Below, in pieces: positions 50,249 through 64,000 of a stretch of 64,000 bases of DNA. The notes under the pieces were generated by a model. That model made no database searches. It saw only the letters and a program-made list of their open reading frames with translations, and was not told the DNA's origin. A program made the translations under genes and the position numbers. How positions within the stretch are numbered: the first letter of the stretch is position 1; every line of letters starts with the position of its first letter. Origin of the DNA: Gemmatimonadaceae bacterium (GTDB taxonomy: Bacteria; Gemmatimonadota; Gemmatimonadetes; Gemmatimonadales; Gemmatimonadaceae). The DNA is taken from assembly GCA_045803545.1 (NCBI GenBank), contig JBJMOW010000005.1, positions 352,001 through 416,000 on the forward strand, given 5' to 3'.

Positions 50249-50955
50249 GTCGTCAGCGGTCGCCCGTGCGTCGCTTCCCATCGCACCTGCGCCTCGGCAA
50301 GTCGTCCATAGTCGGGCTCCCAGGCCGCCAAATCAACTGGACCGCCGCTGAGAATGCTTTCCAGGATCGGAGCGACGCCGCGCGCGTGGGGATGAGCGTC
50401 GACGCTCTGGCCGGGCCCGATCACTCGAAGGCCCCGTCGCGATCCCAGCACACCGAGGTCGTCGGCACTGATGATTCTGGGTGGCTCCGATTGTTGCGGC
50501 GGCTCATTGCCGGGCACCACGATGCGGGCAGCGTAGAATTCGCCACGCATTGCGTCCAGAACCGAGAGATATTCCCCGTGGGGGGCCGGCGGTTTGGCGC
50601 CAGTCACAGTCAGCAACAGGGATGACACCGCGTAAAGCGGGACGCCAAGTCCAAACGCCAATCCTTTGGCGACTGAACCAGCGACCCTGAGGCTCGTGAA
50701 ACTCCCGGGACCGCTGCCGCAAACGATTCGGCCAATCTGCGAGCGATCGATCCCGGCCTCCTCCAGACACTCGGCGATCGCCGGCATCAGCTTCTCTCCA
50801 CGACCAGCTCGCGACACCGAACCATCATCGGCGCCAATCGTCCGCTCGGAGAGTACGCGACCTTCGGTGATGAGCGCGACGCTTCCACTATACGTCGAGC
50901 CATCGATGGCAAGCGTGTGAGCGGGTTTTTGAATGCGGGCGTTTTTCTCGGACAT
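50245..50955 (-). CDS. tsaB: t6A biosynthesis protein TsaB
   Basis: LAIDGST, GPGSFTSLRV, LDAMRGE, P.Y.R. Confidence 0.92.
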   Translation of the reverse strand: MSEKNARIQKPAHTLAIDGSTYSGSVALITEGRVLSERTIGADDGSVSRAGRGEKLMPAIAECLEEAGIDRSQIGRIVCGSGPGSFTSLRVAGSVAKGLAFGLGVPLYAVSSLLLTVTGAKPPAPHGEYLSVLDAMRGEFYAARIVVPGNEPPQQSEPPRIISADDLGVLGSRRGLRVIGPGQSVDAHPHARGVAPILESILSGGPVDLAAWEPDYGRLAEAQVRWEATHGRPLTT

Positions 50956-51018
50956 TCGATTGCCGTGGGAGCTCACCAATACTACAGCGGTGCCGGCACT
51001 AAGCAGCAGCTACGGGAC

Positions 51019-51473
51019 TTACCCAGCGAGAAGAATCCGCCGCGCCGGATCGTCGGGAACGTAATCCAGATCGATTGGAAGATGATCTTGGGGAAGCCGC
51101 GAGCCCGCACGCTCCGGCCACTCGATCAGCACCAAAGCGCGCGATGACACGATTTCGTCCCACCCGAGATTCGTGAGCTGCTCCGGTGAATCGAGACGGT
51201 AAAGGTCGATGTGGAATACCGCCGATTTCGGCGCGCGATATTCGTGGATCAATGCGTAGGTTGGACTCGTGATCTCATCCAACACGCCGTAGCCGCGACA
51301 GATTGCCTGCGCCAGCGTCGTCTTTCCAACTCCCAGCTCGCCGGTCAGCGTGATCAACAATGGTGGCGAGATTGCGCGTCCGAGCTCTTCACCCCAGTGA
51401 CGGAGCTCGCTCTCATCGAGAGTGAGGTGCCCCCTGGTGGCGTAGGGCGGGACGACGTGACGGTGCGCCGGCA

Positions 51474-51474
<1 letters not shown>
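51019..51474 (-). CDS. tsaE: t6A biosynthesis ATPase TsaE
   Basis: GELGVGKTT, SPTYAL, HIDLYRL, IEWPE. Confidence 0.95.
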
Positions 51475-53508
<2,034 letters not shown>

Positions 53509-53528
<20 letters not shown>

Positions 53529-55719
53529 TCTTGATGTCGCTCGACAGACGCTCTCGGCGCGCCACTTCTGTCACGCCCTTCACTCGTCTTGCCGCCTTAA
53601 TGATTTTCTGCAGATGCGCGAGATTGCCGACTTCGACCGCCAGCTCGCCGATCACGTGACCGTCAGCGCTATGCAGCTCGAAGCTCCGGATGTCGGTGCC
53701 AGTCGCTGACACCGCGGTGGCGAGGTCCGCGTAAAGCCCGCGCCGATCGGTGGCTTCGAGCGCGAGACGCACCATGAATTTCTCGCCTTCCAGCTCCTTC
53801 CAATCGATCTCCAGCCGTCGCTCCGGCTCCTGGATCAGCATCAACAGATTCGGACAATCCGAGCGGTGAATGCTGACGCCGCGGCCCCTCGTTACATACC
53901 CCACAACCGGGTCGCCGGGCACAGGCTGACAGCATTGGGCGTAGCGAACCATCATTCCGTCGACGCCCTGGATTCGGACGCCCTTGGTGGTTCCGCGAAC
54001 CTTGTCTACGAGCCAATCGAGCGGCCCAGGCTTCGGCGGCTCCGCCGTTCCGTCCGCTTCCGGATACAGCTCCTTCAGCACCTGCGAGACGTTGACGTCG
54101 CCCTGGCCGATCGAAGCGATCAGGTGATTGACGTCCATCAGGCGGAGTGTCTTCGCGACTTTCAGGAGATCGCTGTCCTCGGCCTTCGCGAGACGGCGCC
54201 GCTTGATCTCGCGCTCCAGAATCTCGCGCCCAAGCTTGATCGAGGTGTGATGCTCTTCGATGCGCAGCCGTTGCCGGATCTTGTGCCGCGCTCGCCCCGT
54301 GCGCACGTGCGCCAACCAGTCTCTGCTCGGCTTCGCCGACGGCGATGTGATGATCTCTACCGTCTCCGAGTTCTTGAGCTCGCGCGCCAGACTGCCGATG
54401 CGGCCGTTGATGCGCGCGCCTTGGCAATGGAGGCCGACTTCCGTATGAACCGCAAATGCAAAGTCGATTGGCGTCGCGCCCTTCGGCAGCTGAATCACAT
54501 CGCCAGTCGGAGTGAATACGAAGATCTCGTCCTGATAGAGATCGAGCTTGAGGAATTCGAGGAACTCATCGGGCGTCTTCGCGTCGAGCTGCAGCTCCAA
54601 CACCTGGCGGAACCACTGCAATTGGCGATCGAGCTCGTCGGCGCTCTTTCCGGAATCTTCCTTGAACCGCCAGTGCGCGGCGATGCCGTATTCGGCGGTG
54701 CGGTGCATTTCACGCGTGCGAATCTGGATCTCAAAAAGCTGGCTGCCCGGGCCGAACACCGTCGTGTGGAGGGACTGATATCCATTCGACTTCGGCTGCG
54801 CGATGTAGTCCTTGATGCGCTCCTGAAGCGGCGTGAACTGGTCGTGAATGACACCCAGCGCGTGATAACAATCCGGAACTGAATTGACGAGGACGCGCAC
54901 GGCGAGGAGGTCGTAAATCTCCTCGTACGGCTTGTCCCACTTCTTCATCTTCTTCTGAATGGACCAGAGGTGCTTCGGTCGCCCAGTGACATCAACGTCG
55001 GCGATGCCGGCTTTGCGAAGATGATTGTCGAGCGGCTCCTTGAGCTGAGCGATTGATTTCTCTCGCTCGGTGCGACGCGTCGCGACTTTCTTGGCGAGGG
55101 CTTTGTACTCCGCCGGCTCGAGATGCTTGAAGGCAAGATCCTCGAGCTCCCAACGAACACGCGCCATACCGAAGCGGTGCGCGAGCGGCGCATACAAGTC
55201 GCGCGTCTCCGTTGCAATGCGCTTCTGCCGATCGGCCGGCAGGAACTCGAGCGTGCGCATGTTGTGTAGTCGATCGGCGAGCTTGATCAGAATGACGCGC
55301 GCGTCCTTGGCGATCGACAGCAGGAGCTTGCGATAATTCTCGACCTGCCGTTCCTGAGAGGAATTGAGCGGCAGGTGACCGATCTTGGTCAGGCCATCGA
55401 CGATTTCGGCGATCTCGCGACCGAACTCGGCTTCGATGTCGTCGACAGTGACGTTGGTGTCTTCGACGACGTCGTGAATCAACCCGCTGGCAACGGTGGT
55501 TGAATCCAGCTGCAGATCCACCAGGATCTTGGCGACTTCGACGCAGTGCGAGACGTACTTGTCACCGGACAAGCGTTTCTGGCCTTCGTGGGCCTTCTCG
55601 CTAAACCGGTAGGCGCGCGTCAAAAGGTCCCGATCGAGGCGATCGGGCAGCCCTGCCTTTAACCACTCGGGAAGGGTGTCCTTCTCCGATTCCTTCTCTC
55701 TTACAGCACCTGCGGTCAA
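53509..55719 (-). CDS. rel: Bifunctional (p)ppGpp synthetase/hydrolase (long RSH)
   Basis: HDVVED hydrolase motif, [23 protein letters not shown] domain. Confidence 0.95.
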
Positions 55720-56399
55720 AGCAGTCCTGCCTCCGCGAAGCTTATGTAGCGCCCCCTACCGATAATAACGTGATCCTGCACTGGTATGTCGAGTAGTTTG
55801 CCTGCCTGCACAAGCTGCTCAGTTACTACCCGGTCGTCGGGTGAAGGTGTCGGATCCCCACTGGGGTGATTGTGGACCAGAATTATTGCTGCCGCGCGCT
55901 CCGCGATCGCTTCTCTGAAGACTTCCCGCGGATGTACGAGCGACGAGTTGAGGAGGCCGCGCGTTACGGTGATGTCGCGCTCGAGGCGGTGCTGTGAATC
56001 GAGCACGGCGACGTGGAACTCCTCGACCGGCAGATCTTCCAGGCGTTGCGCGAAGATTTCGTAGACGTCGCGCGGCCAGCGCACCGGGGCGCCTTCCTGC
56101 CGCTCTTCCGCCGCCATGCGCCTTCCCAACTCGAGCGCGGCGTGGATACAAACAGCACGAGCCGTACCTACTCCACGGACGCTGGTGAGAGTCGCAACAG
56201 GTTGCGACGCCAGAAGGCGGAGCGAGCCGCGGCACGTCGAAAGAATCTCCTGGCCAATGCCAAGGCTGGATCGACCCTCCGACCCCGAGCCAAGCAAAAT
56301 CGCCAGTAGCTCGCTCGAGCTCAGTGCGTGCGCGCCGTGGCTTCTTAGCCGTTCACGCGGCCGCTCGGCGGCGGGAAGCTCTCGTATTGCCAATGACAC
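55716..56399 (-). CDS. radC: RadC (JAB/MPN domain) protein
   Basis: ERPRERL, VHPREVF, HNHPSGDPTPS..D, DHVIIG; AAGGAG before GTG 56399. Confidence 0.95.
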   Translation of the reverse strand: MSLAIRELPAAERPRERLRSHGAHALSSSELLAILLGSGSEGRSSLGIGQEILSTCRGSLRLLASQPVATLTSVRGVGTARAVCIHAALELGRRMAAEERQEGAPVRWPRDVYEIFAQRLEDLPVEEFHVAVLDSQHRLERDITVTRGLLNSSLVHPREVFREAIAERAAAIILVHNHPSGDPTPSPDDRVVTEQLVQAGKLLDIPVQDHVIIGRGRYISFAEAGLL

Positions 56400-56502
56400 T
56401 CTTTCTCCTTGTTTCGGATTCGAGAGTGTCGCGCTGCGGCACGGCGGGGCTGCCACCCGCCGTAGGCAGACATCATCAGCGCGCTGCCGCCGGGCATCCA
56501 CG

Positions 56503-56670
56503 AAACTAAAGCCGGGAGCTACCAGTTTGGGAGCAGCTTAGCGCCGAGCCCAATTTGATTTCTTTTTCTGGGCGAAGATCTAGATGTGAGCGTGCTTTCA
56601 ACCAAGCTGGGCGCTAAACAGCTCCCAAGCTGGGAGCTCCGGGCTTTGGTTTACTGGATGGCAGTCGAAG
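56503..56670. repeat. Long hairpin element, family C copy 2 (downstream of secA)
   Basis: Imperfect IR 56503-56652 plus cagtcgaag. Confidence 0.82.
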
Positions 56671-56685
56671 TCGCCGCGATTCAGA

Positions 56686-60024
<3,339 letters not shown>

Positions 60025-60037
60025 CGACCCATCTACC

Positions 60038-60640
60038 TCAAGCGTCGCGCGACCTATAAAGCCGTCGCGACGCGATGAATTTCTCAACACTTTCCGGCAC
60101 GAATCCCCTGATGGATTTGCCGTCGGCCAATCTCTGCCTGATTTCCGTCGACGAGACATCAACCTGCCGCGTCGACAACGTCTCAACTCCCGTGCGCTTT
60201 ACCGACGGGTCGGAGGTCTTTGTCCCCCCTCTCGGTTTCGCCCGAAACATCACGGCGAGTGTCGCCAGCTCACGAATCCGCTCCGGTTTTCTCCAGCTGT
60301 CGAAGCTCGCGAGCGAGTCCTCGCCAAGCAGAAGGAATAGCTGCGATCCCTCAAAGCGGACGCTCAACCCCTCTAAAGTGTCAACGGTGAAAGATAACCC
60401 CTCACGACTGATTTCTGCGTCATCCACCGAGTAGCGCGAGTCTCCCGCAATCGCGAGTCGCACCATCTCCAGGCGCTCCGCTGCACTGGCGATAGCGGGC
60501 CGATCGACCTTTAGCGGTTGCGCATGCGCGGGGACGAAAAAAAGCCTGTCCAGCCGGAGCGCTTCGAACGCATCGGCAGCGAGGATCAGGTGGCCGATGT
60601 GGGGAGGATCGAAGGTGCCGCCGAAGACCCCAATCCTCAC
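60038..60640 (-). CDS. nadD: Nicotinate-nucleotide adenylyltransferase
   Basis: GGTFDPPHIGH, SFTVDTL, VSSTEIR. Confidence 0.95.
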   Translation of the reverse strand: MRIGVFGGTFDPPHIGHLILAADAFEALRLDRLFFVPAHAQPLKVDRPAIASAAERLEMVRLAIAGDSRYSVDDAEISREGLSFTVDTLEGLSVRFEGSQLFLLLGEDSLASFDSWRKPERIRELATLAVMFRAKPRGGTKTSDPSVKRTGVETLSTRQVDVSSTEIRQRLADGKSIRGFVPESVEKFIASRRLYRSRDA

Positions 60641-60641
60641 G

Positions 60642-61400
60642 CTAAGTCGCTGGCGTTGCCGGCGCGGGACCGCACCCGTCGCTTACCTCGCGATCGCCGG
60701 GATACGCTTTTCGCATTGCGTCGCAGAGATCGCGCGCATCCTCCGTGTATTTGATCGTGCGATAGGCTTCGAGCAATCGCAAATACGCGTCGCGGGTCTT
60801 CGGCGCGTTGGGATGAAGGCGGATGACGTCCTTGAAATAGATGATCGCCGAGTCGAAGGCCTTCCGTTTCAGGTACAAGTAGCCGGTGTCGTAATCCTTC
60901 TCGGCGAACCACTCGTCCAGTCTCCCCAACTCTGTCTTGGCGCGCGCCGAGTACGGCGAATCGGGAAAGCTCGTGAGCAGCGACTCGAACGCCGTCACGG
61001 CCGATTTTCCGTACGTCGCATCGAGCTGCGGCTTCCGCCACTCGTGCTGATACGCCTTCCCCGACAAGAAGAACGCATCATCGACAAGTGTGTCCTGCGG
61101 AAACGCATCTATCAGACGGTTGTACGTTCCTGCCGCGAGCAAGTACTCGCCTTGCTTCGTCTGCGACTGCGCCAGGTAGTAGTACGAGAGCGGCAGCCTA
61201 GGATCGCGCGCCGTCAGTTGCAGTGTCAGCTGCTCGAACGCCTTGGTCGCGTTGTCGTAGCGGCCGGCCTTGTATTCGGCCATGGCAACCTGCCACAGCT
61301 TGTCGGGCTCAGGATATGTCTTGACGTTGAAAGCAGCCTTGCAAGCGAGCGGTGCGACGAGCAGCAACAACGCCAGCCAAAATGATTTTCTATTGAACAT
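60642..61400 (-). CDS. bamD: Outer membrane assembly lipoprotein BamD
   Basis: Lipobox PLA-C, TPRs, FPDSPY; start 61400 or 61427. Confidence 0.85.
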   Translation of the reverse strand: MFNRKSFWLALLLLVAPLACKAAFNVKTYPEPDKLWQVAMAEYKAGRYDNATKAFEQLTLQLTARDPRLPLSYYYLAQSQTKQGEYLLAAGTYNRLIDAFPQDTLVDDAFFLSGKAYQHEWRKPQLDATYGKSAVTAFESLLTSFPDSPYSARAKTELGRLDEWFAEKDYDTGYLYLKRKAFDSAIIYFKDVIRLHPNAPKTRDAYLRLLEAYRTIKYTEDARDLCDAMRKAYPGDREVSDGCGPAPATPAT

Positions 61401-61441
61401 CCGATTGTTTATTACCCTCTGCGACATAGCGGGTTCATCCG

Positions 61442-62782
61442 CTATGCCGTGGCGTAGGATCCTGCCGAAGCGAGCGAAACGATTCGTCCCTTACCCTTCG
61501 CAAGTTTGGCGGTGGCGTTTCTGGAATCCACCACGACCTTGGCGAGGTGAACTACGCGCTGATAGTCGATTTTGGTGTGGTCGGTAACGATGACGACCGC
61601 GTCGGCCTTGGTCAGCTCGTCGTCGGTGAGAGGAACGCTGGCATGCTCGTGTCCGTCCTCGCGGAACTTTGCCACGTACGGATCGTGGTAGCGCACTTCC
61701 GCGCCCTGTTGCTCGAGCAGGCGAATCACATCCAGCGCCGGACTCTCGCGCATGTCGTCGATGTCCTTTTTGTAAGCGACACCCAGAACCAGAACTTGGC
61801 TTCCATTCACTGCCTTCCGCTCCTCGTTGAGCGCTTGCGCCACCTTGCGCACTACGAGCGCCGGCATCTCACTGTTGATCTCACTGGCCAGGTCGATGAA
61901 GCGTGTCTTGTAGTTCAGCGTCCGCATCTTCCACGCGAGGTAGTGCGGATCGAGCGGAATACAATGGCCGCCGATGCCAGGGCCCGGCGTGAATTTCATG
62001 AATCCGAACGGCTTGGTGGCAGCTGCGTCGATGACTTCCCAGATGTTCACGCCCAGTTTGTCACAAACGATCGCCATCTCGTTTACCAGACCGATGTTCA
62101 CCGAGCGGAAAGTGTTCTCCAGCAGCTTGACCAGCTCCGCCGTCTCAGTGCTCGAGACCGGTACCAGCGTTTCGAGACAAGTTGCGTAAAGCGCCGTCGC
62201 CACTTCAGTGCAGTTCGGCGTGATTCCGCCGACGATCTTGGGCGTGTTCTTGGTGTTCCACTTCGGATTGCCGGGATCGACGCGCTCGGGGCTGAATGCA
62301 AGAAAAACGTCCTCGCCGACCGTCAGACCCGCCGCCTCGAGCTTGGGCTGCAGCATCTCACGAGTCGTCCCCGGATAGGTCGTGCTCTCCAGAACCACAA
62401 CGATTCCAGGCCGGCAATTCCTGCCGATCGCGTCGGCGGCTGCGATCACGAAGCCCATGTCGGGATCGCGCGTCTTCGCCAGCGGAGTGGGCACAGCGAT
62501 CGAGATTGCGTCCATCTCCTGCATCCGCTTCTCGTCCTTCGTTGCCTCGAACTTACCCGCCTTCACCAGCTTCGACAGCTCCTCACTCGGCACATCCTGA
62601 ATGTGCGATTTGCCCGACATCAGCGTCTTTACAACCCGCTCGCTGACATCGTAGCCAATGACCTTGAAGCCTGCCTTGGCGAATTCCAGCGCCAGCGGAA
62701 GTCCGACATATCCCAGTCCGACAACGCCAATGCACGCGGTTCTGTTTTCGATCTTTGAAAGGAGCTGATCTTTTAATTGCAA
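61442..62782 (-). CDS. UDP-N-acetylhexosamine 6-dehydrogenase family (WbpA/WecC-like)
   Basis: GLGYVGLP, VPTP, ESTTYPG, SPERVDPG, GGHCIP, D.RESP. Confidence 0.93.
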   Translation of the reverse strand: MQLKDQLLSKIENRTACIGVVGLGYVGLPLALEFAKAGFKVIGYDVSERVVKTLMSGKSHIQDVPSEELSKLVKAGKFEATKDEKRMQEMDAISIAVPTPLAKTRDPDMGFVIAAADAIGRNCRPGIVVVLESTTYPGTTREMLQPKLEAAGLTVGEDVFLAFSPERVDPGNPKWNTKNTPKIVGGITPNCTEVATALYATCLETLVPVSSTETAELVKLLENTFRSVNIGLVNEMAIVCDKLGVNIWEVIDAAATKPFGFMKFTPGPGIGGHCIPLDPHYLAWKMRTLNYKTRFIDLASEINSEMPALVVRKVAQALNEERKAVNGSQVLVLGVAYKKDIDDMRESPALDVIRLLEQQGAEVRYHDPYVAKFREDGHEHASVPLTDDELTKADAVVIVTDHTKIDYQRVVHLAKVVVDSRNATAKLAKGKGRIVSLASAGSYATA

Positions 62783-62821
62783 TTGTCGCTCGACGGGTGA
62801 ATGGGAAAAAGGAGCTTGGTT

Positions 62822-63934
62822 TTAGCGGCCGTAAAAACTGCGCACAGCGTCAATGACTTCGTCCAGCTGCGACTGCTGCAGCTCGGGAAAAATCGGTATT
62901 GAAATCGCTTCCTGCGAAGCTCTCTCGCTCTCCGGCAATGCACCGCGCTTGTAGCCGAGATACTCGAAGCAGGGTTGCAAGTGAAGTGAAAGCGGGTAAT
63001 AAACCGCAGTGCCGATCTCTCGGTCCTTTAGATGGGCCTGCAGACCATCACGCTTGGCAACGCGCAGCGTGTACTGGTTGTAGATCGATTCGTTGGCCGG
63101 GTCGATTGTCGGCGTGCGCACATCGTCCAGGTCGGCAAATGCTTTGTTGTAGTACTCGGCGTTCTTGCGGCGCGCGGCACTCCACGAGGCGAGGCTCGGC
63201 ATCTTCGCGCCAAGGATTGCTGCCTGAAGGGCGTCGAGACGGCTGTTATAGCCGACTTCTTCGTGGTAATACGTTTTCATTCCACCGTGCACCCGCAACC
63301 GCTTCAAGCGCGTAGCAATCTCGTCATTCTGCGTCACGATCATGCCGCCGTCGCCAAACCCGCCGAGATTCTTCGAAGGAAAGAAGCTGAAGGTGCCGAT
63401 CGTGGCTGCTTCGCCTGCCATCACCCACTTGTCGTCGACCTTTCGACGGGCGCCAATCGCCTGCGCGGCGTCCTCGATTACGGGAACGGTGTCCGCGATA
63501 TCCATAATTGATTCAATCGGCGCCATCTGACCGAACAAATCGACCGGAATGATCGCTTTCGTCGACGGCTTTATCGCTGCGGCAATTGCTTCAGGCGAGA
63601 TGTTGAACGTATCCGGCTCGATATCGACGAAAACCGGCCGCGCGCCTACGTTGTGAACAGCACCAGCGGTCGCGAAGAACGTGAATGGCGTCGTAATGAC
63701 TTCGTCGCCGGCGCCAACGTTTAAGGCCCGCAGACTGAGTAGCAGCGCATCCGTCCCATTTGCGACGCCGATTGCATGACGCGCGTGCGAAAGCAGGGCG
63801 ATTTCGCGCTCCAGCCGCTCGACTGGCTCGCCGAGAATAAACGCCTGCTCGTCGACGACTTTGGACATCGCATTGATGACCGAGTCGCGGATGGTCGCGT
63901 ATTGGGCTTTAAGGTCTAAAAGAGGGACAGCCAT
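62822..63934 (-). CDS. DegT/DnrJ/EryC1/StrS aminotransferase
   Basis: NGTDAL, EDAAQA, SFFPSKNLG, NSRLDALQAA. Confidence 0.94.
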   Translation of the reverse strand: MAVPLLDLKAQYATIRDSVINAMSKVVDEQAFILGEPVERLEREIALLSHARHAIGVANGTDALLLSLRALNVGAGDEVITTPFTFFATAGAVHNVGARPVFVDIEPDTFNISPEAIAAAIKPSTKAIIPVDLFGQMAPIESIMDIADTVPVIEDAAQAIGARRKVDDKWVMAGEAATIGTFSFFPSKNLGGFGDGGMIVTQNDEIATRLKRLRVHGGMKTYYHEEVGYNSRLDALQAAILGAKMPSLASWSAARRKNAEYYNKAFADLDDVRTPTIDPANESIYNQYTLRVAKRDGLQAHLKDREIGTAVYYPLSLHLQPCFEYLGYKRGALPESERASQEAISIPIFPELQQSQLDEVIDAVRSFYGR

Positions 63935-64000
63935 TGGGGTCGAAAATCGGGTCAAAGCTATGAAGCCGTTAAAGATACAACCTTTCGGCTCAGACTTGTG

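Noticed and set aside
55716..56399. radC as a mobile-element marker
   Set aside because: Full-length chromosomal type coupled to rel, with no mobile genes nearby.

Overview
GC-rich bacterial chromosomal window, probably Gemmatimonadota (inferred from gene style and order, not from a search). About 45 genes, almost all on the minus strand, mostly housekeeping: alaS (runs off the left edge), recX-recA, yraN, ftsK, comB, accC/accB with a PilT-family ATPase between them, an M24 peptidase, aroQ, surA/ppiD, tatA, polyprenyl synthase, hutHUI, tol genes, hemA cluster, ssb, rimI-tsaB-tsaE, uvrB, rel, radC, secA, nadD, bamD and nucleotide-sugar genes. A signalling/secreted block at about 5.1-12.7 kb holds an atypical response regulator, a His kinase, a Ser/Thr kinase and a HAF-repeat lipoprotein. 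Most notable: (1) a four-helix-bundle gene lying antisense inside the hut cluster, enclosed by a perfect 69-bp inverted repeat built from CGCT-heptamers; (2) six dispersed CGCTTCC/GGAAGCG heptamer arrays, three translated in-frame inside genes and one supplying a likely RBS; (3) one 1257-codon ORF joining TatC to an LptD-type outer-membrane protein via an internal signal peptide; (4) three further long intergenic hairpin types, two of them present in two copies. No rRNA, tRNA, CRISPR array or transposase was recognised. All calls are by-eye motif recognition.
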